NCBI GenBank assembly: GCA_965659695.1
Contig: CBFHXC010000001.1
Coordinates: 3,845 to 67,844, forward strand
Direction of reading: 5' to 3'
DNA length: 64,000 bases
Source: Rhodospirillales bacterium
Lineage (GTDB): Bacteria > Pseudomonadota > Alphaproteobacteria > Rhodospirillales > Casp-alpha2
The position numbers and the translations under genes were made by a program. A model generated the notes under the pieces. That model was not told the DNA's origin. It was given only the letters and a program-made list of their open reading frames with translations, and did no database searches. Positions 32,301 through 40,459 of this stretch are shown in pieces. Position 1 is the stretch's first letter, and each line of letters starts with the position of its first letter.

Positions 32301-32712
32301 CGGCACGGGCGCGGACACGTTTCAGTTTGAAGGCGGTGTGGGTGCGACGACAGAGGCGCGTGTTTCGTCTCTCGGCCATGACATCATCAACGACTATAAT
32401 ATGTCCGAGTCAGATTTGTTCATGTTGTCCGATGGCGATTTCGCCTTGGGCGCGGCAGGCACGCTGACCGATGGCGTGAACTATTTCGAAGCCACCGACA
32501 CGGTGTTCAATGGCACCCCGCAGGATTTATCCAGTGGTGTCGCTAATGCGGGCATTGTGATTTTGGGTGAGAATTCCGGCGGCGGCGGTGCAGATGCTTG
32601 GTACACGTCCGACGCCAGCGCCATGACCGACAGCAATTCCTATCAGGTCGCGACCGTGTCCGGCGCGGATCGCTCGACCATCGATGCCGGTGATTTCAGC
32701 CTGAAGAGCTAG
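29320..32712 (+). CDS. Large putative T1SS-secreted protein: N-terminal FecR-like/retention-like domain, Ala/Glu coiled coil, RTX Ca-binding repeats
   Basis: PIGRVEATEGEVTIVRADG...GDRVET...KTPSATI; ~220-aa A/E-rich helix; many GGxGxD nonapeptides (GGAGADSI, GGAGADTL, GGQGDDTL, GGTGADTF); no Sec signal peptide. Confidence 0.8.
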   Translation: MAKRYDVETVPLDPVRGVPTIVDVPTDGPVVIPGGGLLSEAIYARHDNDLLIELADGSRMVVSGYFDLESPPPLASEAGAHVSADVISALAGDDIVPIAPEVPVTAPIGRVEATEGEVTIVRADGSHVDAEAGALIGRGDRVETSGEGSAGFLFADESTFSLGGSGRAIFEDLVFDPESATAHATFVVQQGTFSFAGGGISAIDGAFAIKTPSATINVDGASGAGLVERDGATTVTYLRHEDTNDGILKIANPAGSEFLEESYEAVVIEDFFTRPSGTFRLGPRDTAEHFGDAVSALPDASVVMPSSLLGAQRGADPATQALRADDPSSPAPGDNFATEIQVDRDTAFEIAARKAAIAQSAREAAEEAIRDAEAAEQVARQRAESADAVADEKATDAEALRARALEVLEESERREKAFEEALRRAEETASREEQAARDVAETDIAEGQAAERLAAAEEAVRKALEAAERARNEALEILEEARAKEEAFAAAQEAALQAKEEEEARALAVAEADAAEDAAAAALRAADAAAALAEADALAAERVAAEAGTAAEIVETVVERELAAIDPELLNPPANNQIGLASGDWSSNTNASMDVIAESIAAGQRAAREAFQTALDNGLTTSSAMDKAIEAAEAYGGAAAMDRVIAGGPDGLLGTSDDDEIMIAGGEGGFVGGDAGAGAVGTDVLIGGGAEDGFIGGFAGTGGNGVGGIFGFNFAFTPITVDLTTPNLRNARDDDEVVVLAAQTIADNVSGSGLADFLVGTNDVSTIGGLEGDDFIYGDTPTNYLSGTHNISNTLTNPTFAAGGNDLISGGAGADSIWGGAGADTLYGDVPTNTSGFDFGLGSATAGADDLYGVDGNDTLIGGGAADTLSGEGGDDTFIMGDDDGANDTVWGGDSAADAGIDTVDYSDAGAAVNINLNTGSATGSTTGTDTLSGIENAVGTSFDDTLTGSADANTLSGGGGADTVYGLENIDNIFGYADDDVLIGGQGDDTLTGGTGADTFQFEGGVGATTEARVSSLGHDIINDYNMSESDLFMLSDGDFALGAAGTLTDGVNYFEATDTVFNGTPQDLSSGVANAGIVILGENSGGGGADAWYTSDASAMTDSNSYQVATVSGADRSTIDAGDFSLKS

Positions 32713-32717
32713 TGTGG

Positions 32718-32852
32718 CCCCCTCACCTAGCCTCTCCCCCTGAGAGGGGGAGAGGGATGAGGTCGGGTCACGCTTGAACTGGGTCCCTCTCCATCATGCA
32801 CATTGGCTCGCGCCAATTGAATTGGCGACGGGCGAGAGGACAGGTGGGGGGG
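32718..32852 (+). repeat. Double-hairpin element family A, copy 1, with nested insert in the right hairpin
   Basis: CCCCTCACCTAGCCTCTCCCCC..GGGGGAGAGGGA-spacer-GGGTCCCTCTCC..[insert]..GAGAGGACAGGTGGGGGG. Confidence 0.85.
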
Positions 32853-33201
32853 TGATGACTGCGATTGGTTCATGCAACCCGGGGTCTTTAAGTTCGCCCA
32901 ATTTGGCGTGCATCCGGATGATCAAGGTCAAGGAGTGGTTCAGCACATCATGCGATTGATCGAAGCACGCGCTCGCGAGTTGGGCGCCACGGAACTCAGC
33001 TCAGATACATCCGAAGAGGCGCATCAGCTGATCGCGATGTATACAAAACTTGGATACCGCCAAGTCGATATAGTGGACTGGGTCGCCACCAATTATAAAA
33101 GCGTTGTGCTGAGCAAGACACTATATCGATATGAGCGTTTCACATCTTGCCGTCACCCTGAATTCATTTCAGGGTCCATGCTTCCAAAAGGGAAAACCTG
33201 A
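32853..33201 (+). pseudogene. 5'-truncated GNAT acetyltransferase
   Basis: Only the C-terminal half is present (FAQFGVHPDDQGQG...LIAMYTKLGY...NYKSVVLSKTL). It begins at the edge of repeat A1 and its 3' end reads into repeat B1. Confidence 0.7.
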
Positions 33202-33265
33202 CAATTAGAAAAATGGATGCTGAAACAACCCCCGGATCAAGTCCGGGGCGAAGTTCAGCATGACG
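33151..33265. repeat. CGTC/GTCA-tagged palindromic element family B, copy with nested CCCCGGATCAAGTCCGGGG
   Basis: CGTCACCCTGAA-TTCAT-TTCAGGG ... GATGCTGAA-[insert]-GTTCAGCATGACG. Confidence 0.8.
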
Positions 33266-33375
33266 ATTGAGATAAACTATCAAAATACTCTGAAGGTATC
33301 TAACAGTTGTTGATGATGCTCCGGCCATTCACCACATAATTATGCAGATGAAGTTTTTGGGATTGGGGTTTAGCA

Positions 33376-33843
33376 ATGCGTTTCATATTTTTGTCTGCCA
33401 CACACGCCGGAATGCTGGCCGTGGGTTTTGCGCTTGGTATTTATCTGTTGCCGATCTTGACGGCACCCCCCAGCCTTGACCGCGCGATGCTGGCCGAGAT
33501 GGCGCAGGACGCCGAGTACAAGGTCAACTTCACCAAAGATTTGAAAGGCAGCGATTTCCTGCATTGGGGCGAGGGTGACGTCAGTATTTCTTCGATCCAA
33601 ATTGTGCATCAGGGCAAAATGTCGCCGGGCCCGAACTACAAGCTCTATTTGGTGCCAGAGTTTGTCGAGGACGAAGCTGGGTTTCTCGCCGTCAAAGACC
33701 AGTCACAAGTGATTGGCGATGTGAAAACATTTGATGGGTTCGTTTTAGATGTGCCCGCCGATGTCGACATCAATGCGTACACCACCGTCTTGGTCTGGTG
33801 CGAAGCCTTTGAGGAATTCATCACCGCGGCCAAGTATCGGTAA
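33376..33843 (+). CDS. DM13-domain protein
   Basis: N-terminal membrane anchor; GSDFLHWGEG, PGPNYKLYL, YTTVLVWCEAF. Confidence 0.85.
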   Translation: MRFIFLSATHAGMLAVGFALGIYLLPILTAPPSLDRAMLAEMAQDAEYKVNFTKDLKGSDFLHWGEGDVSISSIQIVHQGKMSPGPNYKLYLVPEFVEDEAGFLAVKDQSQVIGDVKTFDGFVLDVPADVDINAYTTVLVWCEAFEEFITAAKYR

Positions 33844-33849
33844 TGGATT

Positions 33850-33925
33850 GTCACCCTGAACTCGATTCAGGGCCTCATGTGGTCTGGGTTGAAAAGATGA
33901 GATGCTGAATCAAGTTCAGCATGAC
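33850..33925. repeat. Family B palindromic element
   Basis: GTCACCCTGAA-CTCGA-TTCAGGG ... GATGCTGAA-TCAAG-TTCAGCATGAC between two converging genes. Confidence 0.85.
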
Positions 33926-33941
33926 AACTACCAAGATGACA

Positions 33942-35461
33942 TTACCCGCGCCCCGGCATGATGCGGCGATAAGATAACGCCTCGGCGATGTGGATGCGTG
34001 AGATGGTGTCAGACATATCCAAATCTGCGAGCGTTCGCGCGACCCGCAAAATCCGGTGATAACCGCGTGCCGAGAGTTTAACTTATCAACGGCATCGTTC
34101 ATCAATTTCCACCCCGCATCATCAGGGTTTGAGGCCGCCGCCAGGGCACGCCCATCGAGGGTCGCATTCAGTGTTCCAGGTGCGAGGTCCATGGCTGCCG
34201 CACGTTCGCGCTGGCGACACCTGGCCGCGCCGACACGCGCTGCGATGTCGGCACTGCCTTCTCCAGGTGAAGGCAAACTCAGGTCCGATGGGCTAACGGC
34301 GGGGACTTCGATCACTACGTCCATTCGGTCCATCAATGGGCCCGATATTTTGGATTGGTAATCCACACCGCACTTGGGTGCCCGCGAACAGGCGGCCCCT
34401 TGGTCTGATAGGTATCCGCAGCGGCATGGGTTTATGGCGGCCAGTAATTGAAACCGCGCGGGATAAACCACGTGGGCGTTGGCGCGCGCGATGCTGACCC
34501 GCCCTGTTTCCATCGGCTGGCGCAATGCCTCTAACGCTTGACGATGGAATTCCGGCAATTCATCCAAAAACAGCACACCCAAATGAGCCAACGAGATTTC
34601 ACCGGGTTTGGCCCGCATACCCCCACCAACAAGTGCTGCGACAGATGCCGAATGATGTGGATCACGAAAGGGCCGTCTGCGGGTGAGCCCACCATCTGAT
34701 AATTCTACAGCCAACGAATGCACCATCGACACTTCTAAGATTTCGCGAGACGTCAGCGGCGGTAATAGGCCGGGCAGGCGATGGGCGAGCATGGATTTCC
34801 CCGAACCCGGCGGACCCATCATCAGCATGTTATGTCCGCCGGCCGCTGTGATCTCCAGCGCACACTTTGCGGTTTCCTGACCCTTCACATCGATCATGTC
34901 GGGGTAATCGGGCAGGTCGTCATAGAGCTTCGGTTCAGGGGTTGGCAGAATGTGCGTGCCCTTGACGTGATTGATCAGGGCCAACAGATCGGGCGTGGCA
35001 ATGACATCCACGCCGCCGGCCCAGGTGGCTTCCCCGCCCTGGGCTTGGGCACAGACGAATATTTTAGATTCCGTACCCGCATGAATGGCGGCGGGCAGGA
35101 CGCCCAGCACGGATGACACGGACCCATCCAATCCCAGCTCCCCCATCGCGGTCATGCGCACCGTTTCATCGCCTGCCAACACACCCATCGCCCCCAACAC
35201 GCCGAGCGCAATGGGCAAATCAAAATGGCTGCCTTCTTTGACCACATCGGCGGGGGCCAGATTCACCGTGATGCGTTTCGGTGGCAACGCCAGGCCCATG
35301 GCGTTCAGCGCCGCCCGGACTCGGTCGCGACTCTCGCCGACGGCTTTGTCCGGCAGGCCGACGATGGAAAATGTGGGCATGCCCGATGCCATCTCGACCT
35401 GAACATCGACGTCCAAAACATCAATGCCTTGAAACGCCACCGTGCCGACGTGCGTGACCAT
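33942..35461 (-). pseudogene. comM: ComM/YifB Mg-chelatase-like ATPase with a frameshift near the C-terminus
   Basis: ITVNLAPAD, GPPGSGKSMLA, PFRDPHHS, LDELPEF. One base is missing at about 34078-34082; the shifted frame gives LSARGYHRILRVARTLADL...HIAEALSYR and stops at 33942. Confidence 0.8.
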
Positions 35462-35653
35462 GCGCTGCCCCTCTTATTTAATTAAGAGAGCTATGGACGG
35501 GTTCTGGGATTAATTTTCAGTATCAGGTGGGAGTCAGAGTGATACTAGCTTAAGTCAACACAGTGATATTTTATTTGAACTTCTGATTGTAATGAGTTGG
35601 AGAGCAATTATGTTGAATCTCATATAAAATTATCTACTCAAGGGGGAACTATC

Positions 35654-36067
35654 TAGAAACGAATTATTTCTCTGTCTTGCTGCCTACTTATTCTGGCAGC
35701 ATGCGCCGGTCGCACGCCAAATCCTGTATCAGAATATCAGTATGGTGATGAGAAGAAATCATGTGAGCGACTTCGCGCAGAAATCTCGACCATCAATACA
35801 GATATAGCAACACTTCTTCCTGATGTAGACAAAACAGGCCAGAACGTGGCCCTTGGGGTCGTTGGTCTTTGGTTAATTGTGCCTTGGTTCTTCATGGACT
35901 TCTCTGAAGCCGAACAAGTTGAGATTAATGCCTTGAGACGTCGGCATAACAACTTAGTGGCAATTGCATCATAGAAAGACTGTGGATTCGAAGACAAACC
36001 TATCCCTTCGTTTACCCCTCCTGAAAATAAAGAAGATGACACCAACAAAGATCCATCCGCTTTTTAA
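35654..36067 (+). pseudogene. Lipoprotein pseudogene, 137 codons (not in the ORF track)
   Basis: AGGGGG RBS, then TAG where the start codon should be, then KRIISLSCCLLILAAC (lipobox) AGRTPNPV...IAS*KDCG... Internal TAG at 35972-35974; final TAA at 36065-36067. Confidence 0.75.
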
Positions 36068-36104
36068 GCCATAAGCTGTCATTGGCTATGGTTGATTTCA
36101 CCCG

Positions 36105-36271
36105 CCCCCGTTGATCGGAGCGGAGCCTCAGGATGGCGAGAAGACGTGATTCCAAATCAAGTTTGGAATCACGAACGGGGGGCACGAGTAACGCCATGCT
36201 GAACTTTGTTCAGCAACCCATCATGGTGCGCCAAAAAGCTCGTTGAGATCTTGAATCAAGTTCAAGATGAC
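36105..36271. repeat. Cluster of family B-related hairpins
   Basis: CGTGATTCCAAA-TCAAG-TTTGGAATCACG (36145-36173) inside CCCCCGTT/AACGGGGG; GCTGAA-CTTTG-TTCAGC; GATCTTGAA-TCAAG-TTCAAGATGAC. Confidence 0.75.
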
Positions 36272-36587
36272 AATGTGTGACCTGACTTTGGGTCGATGTG
36301 AAAAATTACCAATAAATCCAATGATTTGATCACAGACCGGTAAGATGCGCCTCACACGAATGAGAGTGAAATCCTGGGATCTGTGAAGTGTGATGACGGC
36401 CACAGGGGTTTTTGCCCCTAAGTCATTGTTTCTATTGATTGCCCTCGGTCACAGTCGGTTGATTCGGCTTTAAGTGAAGAAAATCAAAAACCTCTCTATC
36501 TTTATCATCAACAAGGTGACGCGCCTTGGACAGATTTGACCGATACCCGGTCATACACAATGAACAGATAGATAAGGGATTACCACT

Positions 36588-36842
36588 ATGTCTTACAAAA
36601 ACATCACTTCCGCATTGGCCATCGCAGCAGTTATGGGTTTCAGCGGCGCTGCATTCGCAGAACCAAATGATGACCCAATTGCAACTGGTGTTGCGTTCAC
36701 CGGTTCCGTTCAAATGGAACTGACAGAATCCAACTTGTCGGTAAACCCAGAAGCGCTCGACCCATCGGTCTTTGGTGTCGAAGCACCAGCAGCCGAAACA
36801 GCTGACTTCGAGAAGTCCGCATACTACGACGATCGCGTTTAA
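36588..36842 (+). CDS. Small secreted acidic protein, unknown function
   Basis: AAGGGA RBS, Sec signal peptide ending AFA-E, own terminator downstream. Confidence 0.7.
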   Translation: MSYKNITSALAIAAVMGFSGAAFAEPNDDPIATGVAFTGSVQMELTESNLSVNPEALDPSVFGVEAPAAETADFEKSAYYDDRV

Positions 36843-36915
36843 GTCCCCCCTCTCGCGATTGTAATCATACCGGCGCCTGTCCTTTCCCCTGGGGACACGG
36901 CGCCGGTCAAATTTG

Positions 36916-36947
36916 TCCCGGAGGTCATCTGACTTCCGGGATTTTTT
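36916..36947 (+). terminator. Rho-independent terminator
   Basis: TCCCGGAGGTCA-TC-TGACTTCCGGGA followed by TTTTTT. Confidence 0.8.
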
Positions 36948-36980
36948 GTTCATTCATCCAGGAGATGTTAATCAACATTG

Positions 36981-37403
36981 ATGATCAACATCACGCCCAG
37001 TATTTCCATTGACCCATCGGAAATCGAAGAAGTGTTTCTTCGCGCCTCTGGTCCGGGTGGGCAAAAGGTCAACAAAACGGAATCAGCCGTGCAACTGCGG
37101 TTTGATGCCCGCCACTGCCGGGCATTATCAAACGCGATATTCCTTCGTTTAAAGGCGTTGGCTGGGCGGCGCATGACCGCGTCGGGTCATTTGGTGATCA
37201 CGGCCCGGCAATTTAGAACCCAAGAACAAAATCGACGTGAAGCGATGGATCGCCTGATCGAATTGATCCGTGAAGCTGCCCAACCCCCAAAACATCGTCG
37301 CCCGACACAACCGACCAAGGCATCGAAGCAGCGTCGCTTGGAGTCGAAAAAACGTAACGCCAATATCAAACGCACCCGAGGCCGTGTGCGTGGTGATGAG
37401 TGA
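36981..37403 (+). CDS. arfB: Alternative ribosome rescue peptidyl-tRNA hydrolase ArfB
   Basis: RASGPGGQKVNK (GGQ), RTQEQNR, and basic tail RRPTQPTKASKQRRLESKK. Confidence 0.92.
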   Translation: MINITPSISIDPSEIEEVFLRASGPGGQKVNKTESAVQLRFDARHCRALSNAIFLRLKALAGRRMTASGHLVITARQFRTQEQNRREAMDRLIELIREAAQPPKHRRPTQPTKASKQRRLESKKRNANIKRTRGRVRGDE

Positions 37404-37407
37404 TGAT

Positions 37408-37452
37408 GAGATTCCAAATCAAGTTGTCATGCTGAACTTAATTCCGCATCTC
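37408..37452. repeat. Fused family B half-elements
   Basis: GAGATTCCAAATCAAGTT joined directly to GTCATGCTGAACTTAATTCCGCATCTC, between converging arfB and gshB. Confidence 0.65.
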
Positions 37453-37463
37453 CTCGCATCAGC

Positions 37464-38405
37464 TTAGAGCTTGCTTTCAATCGCGTCCCAGATATCGGCC
37501 TCAAGGCAAACATCGTCGAAACGGTTGATTTCTTGAAGACCCGTTGGCGAAGTCACATTGATCTCTGTCATCATGCCGCCGATGACATCGATGCCGACAA
37601 ACAGTAGCCCACGCTTTTTCAGCTCTGGTCCCAGCGCAGCGCAAATTTCACGTTCGCGATCCGTCAGTTTGGATTTCTCCGCCTGACCTCCGACGTGCAT
37701 GTTGGACCGGGCCTCGCCTTCTTGTGGGACCCGGTTGGTGGCACCGGCGACCTCGCCGTCAATCAGGATGATCCGCTTGTCGCCAGAGCGAACATCTTTC
37801 AGATAAGCCTGCACGATGATCGGATCGCGCGATTGGGCTTCGAACATTTCCAAGACCACGTTGAGATTTTCATCATCGGGTTTGATGTGAAAAACTCCAG
37901 CCCCACCATTGCCAAACAACGGTTTAACGATGATGTCTTTGTGTTCTTTGCGGAACGCTGCGATCTGGGCACGATCACGGGAGATCAGGGTTGGCGGCAT
38001 GAATTCAGGAAATTCCATAACGAACAATTTCTCGGGCGCGTTGCGGACTTCGTGGGGATTGTTCACGACCAGTGTTTCGGGATGCACCATATCTAAAAAA
38101 TGAGTCGCCGTGATGTATGACATATCGAACGGCGGATCTTGGCGCATCAGCACCACGTCACTTTCTGTCGCAAGGTCGATGGTTTTCTCTTCGCCCAAGT
38201 CAAAGTGATTACCCTTTTCGCGGCGCACGCTCATGGGTTGTCCCGTTGCGATCACACGACCGTTGTATAACGACAGGTCCTTAGTCTCAAAATGGAATAA
38301 TTTATAGTCGCGCTTTTGCGCTTCTAAGGCCATGACGAACGTGCTGTCGCCATCAATATCAATCGTGGAAACATGATCCATTTGGATCGCGACCGTAAGC
38401 GTCAT
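37464..38405 (-). CDS. gshB: Glutathione synthetase
   Basis: [41 protein letters not shown]. Start set at the ATG at 38405. Confidence 0.97.
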   Translation of the reverse strand: MTLTVAIQMDHVSTIDIDGDSTFVMALEAQKRDYKLFHFETKDLSLYNGRVIATGQPMSVRREKGNHFDLGEEKTIDLATESDVVLMRQDPPFDMSYITATHFLDMVHPETLVVNNPHEVRNAPEKLFVMEFPEFMPPTLISRDRAQIAAFRKEHKDIIVKPLFGNGGAGVFHIKPDDENLNVVLEMFEAQSRDPIIVQAYLKDVRSGDKRIILIDGEVAGATNRVPQEGEARSNMHVGGQAEKSKLTDREREICAALGPELKKRGLLFVGIDVIGGMMTEINVTSPTGLQEINRFDDVCLEADIWDAIESKL

Positions 38406-38465
38406 GGGATTTCCTTTTTGTGCTGGCTGCATGCCGAAGAACGTCTAAGACGGGTTATACCATCC

Positions 38466-39302
38466 TTATGTGAGCCGTCCGCGCAATTCCTGCAAGAGGA
38501 TCGTTGTGTGATAACGCCCCTCGTCGCCTTTGCCCAGGCGGAGGTATTCTTCCAACGCATCAATGGCGTCGCGAATGCGGTCAAGCCGTGCGTTGATCAA
38601 GCCCCTTTCGCGCCACAATGTCGGGTCCGAAGGGGCCAACATCAATGCCGTATCAATGACGTCGGCAGCATCTTCTATGCGTTTCCCACGCAACAAAAGC
38701 GCCTTCTTGGCGGCGAACATCCGCAGCAGCAACTCCAAATCAGATAATGGCTCAAGGCTGCCGGGTGTCATTTCCGCTTCGTTACCGCCAAACGCTTTGA
38801 TAATAGCGCGAATGTCTGCAGGCTCCATGGGTTGGCCATCGCCCAAAGGGTCAACGATGACGCGTTCACCCAAACTTTCGAGGCGTATCAGCAATCGGCC
38901 AGGGACCTGCAATGCCTCGCACGTCCAGTCCAACCGTCGGGCGGTTTCGACATAAAGCATGGCGAGCGTCTCGCTCGACCCAGCACGGCTATCGACAACA
39001 CGTGTCAAATCATAGCAGTCCACATCCGACGTATGATCACCCGGACCATAGCCATAATTGCGGTTAAGGATTTGTTTCAGTGCATCCGCCATCTCGTCGG
39101 CTGGCACAGGGCCTGCGTCATCGCGGGCGTACTTGCCGACTTTTTCGGCCAAGTTTGCGAAATGTCTTTGGTATCTATCGATTGGCAATGCTGGGCGATC
39201 TAGAGCGCCGACCAGCACCGCAAGTTCGGAAATGTTAAGCGCGTGATCATCTGTTTCGCAGGCACGATTGATTTGCTCAACGATGTCGGCGCGTCTGATC
39301 AC
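38466..39302 (-). CDS. SirB1/transglutaminase-like protein with TPR
   Basis: LTRVVDSRAG, PGRLLIR, VDP, and a C-terminal TPR (LWRERGLINARL). Confidence 0.75.
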   Translation of the reverse strand: MIRRADIVEQINRACETDDHALNISELAVLVGALDRPALPIDRYQRHFANLAEKVGKYARDDAGPVPADEMADALKQILNRNYGYGPGDHTSDVDCYDLTRVVDSRAGSSETLAMLYVETARRLDWTCEALQVPGRLLIRLESLGERVIVDPLGDGQPMEPADIRAIIKAFGGNEAEMTPGSLEPLSDLELLLRMFAAKKALLLRGKRIEDAADVIDTALMLAPSDPTLWRERGLINARLDRIRDAIDALEEYLRLGKGDEGRYHTTILLQELRGRLT

Positions 39303-39961
39303 GATGCTTTTTTCTCCTGCTCCTTGGTTGTTTCTGGATCTTTGATACGCACATGATTGACGACACGTTTGACGTAGCTGACATCGCGCGCGTGATTGAT
39401 TACGCGATCTAGTTCCTCTTGGCTTTGCGCGATGCCGATCAAATAGATCACACCGCCAACGGTTTCGATGGCGTAATTGATGGCCAAAACATCACCATCA
39501 AAGGTCAGTTTGGATTTAAGCTTCGTTGTGATCCAACTATCGTTTGCGATGTCACTTAAGGGATTTTCGCTGACGTTGATTTCGTTGATCACGTCAGCAA
39601 CGTTTTCGACGGACCATGCAATTTTGATCGCGTCGGCGCGCATTTCTTCTGTGGGCACACGGCCAGTCATCAGCACGCGCCCTTCATGCACTTCGACGCC
39701 GACATCCTGAAATAAATCGTCCGTACGGTTGAACAACTTGCCACGAATATTGGTCGATGTTTGCGTATCGATCGCAACTTGTTTGATGCCCCGCTCGTCA
39801 AACGCCGCGACCCCAGCGGTAGCCGCTGCACCCACTAAAAACCCTGCACAGCCGCTTAATCCCATCATCAGGAAAAGCGCGGCGAAAATGGTAAACACAG
39901 AAGACCTACGCCGATATGTCTTGTGTGTTGCGGATCTCGTCGGGGTCGTTTTCGGGTGCAT
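39299..39961 (-). CDS. Dual BON-domain lipoprotein (DolP/YraP-like)
   Basis: Lipobox LSGC; EGRVLMTG and DSWITTKLKSKL; located next to yraN. Confidence 0.88.
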   Translation of the reverse strand: MHPKTTPTRSATHKTYRRRSSVFTIFAALFLMMGLSGCAGFLVGAAATAGVAAFDERGIKQVAIDTQTSTNIRGKLFNRTDDLFQDVGVEVHEGRVLMTGRVPTEEMRADAIKIAWSVENVADVINEINVSENPLSDIANDSWITTKLKSKLTFDGDVLAINYAIETVGGVIYLIGIAQSQEELDRVINHARDVSYVKRVVNHVRIKDPETTKEQEKKAS

Positions 39962-40057
39962 GGTAAATTCCTGTTTAGGTGTGCACGAATCACAGACATG
40001 ATGCCAAATCCGCTGGCGCCATTAAACCTTTATCAGAGAGGTATAGGCACAGAAGGT

Positions 40058-40459
40058 TTAGTCAGGGCGCCACGCGTCGATAACATGGCGCGGGCATGAC
40101 CAAGGGGTCAGCGTAATGACATCGAACCGCATATCAATGGGGGACCGTGGCGATTTTGAGGCGACATAGGCATGTGCTGCCCGCACGATACGTTGTTGTT
40201 GGCGATGAGAAACTGAATACAAGGCCATGTCGTGTGTGGGCCGCAATTTGACTTCAACGAACACCATGACCTTATGCTGCTTGGCGATTAAATCGATCTC
40301 GCCCGCAGGGGTTTTTATGCGATGGCCTTCAATCTGATAACCGCGCAGGCGCAGCCACCATATGGCGATGATCTCGGCGGCACGGCCGCGCCATTCATGT
40401 CGTTGGCGAACTCGCCGCCGTTCGGGAACCCGCATTTGCAAAACGTCGCTAGAGTTCAC
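40058..40459 (-). CDS. yraN: YraN-family protein
   Basis: GRAAE, GEIDLIA, VFVEVK, RFDVI. Confidence 0.88.
   Translation of the reverse strand: MNSSDVLQMRVPERRRVRQRHEWRGRAAEIIAIWWLRLRGYQIEGHRIKTPAGEIDLIAKQHKVMVFVEVKLRPTHDMALYSVSHRQQQRIVRAAHAYVASKSPRSPIDMRFDVITLTPWSCPRHVIDAWRPD

Noticed and set aside
35654-35974. TAG recoding or read-through as the explanation for the lipoprotein's two TAG codons
   Set aside because: TAG is the ordinary stop of the tusA-like gene, maeB and the RTX gene in this window, and one TAG occupies the start position.
36432-36953. 173-aa minus-strand ORF
   Set aside because: It is antisense to the 84-aa gene, which has an RBS, signal peptide and terminator, and it shows no recognisable features.
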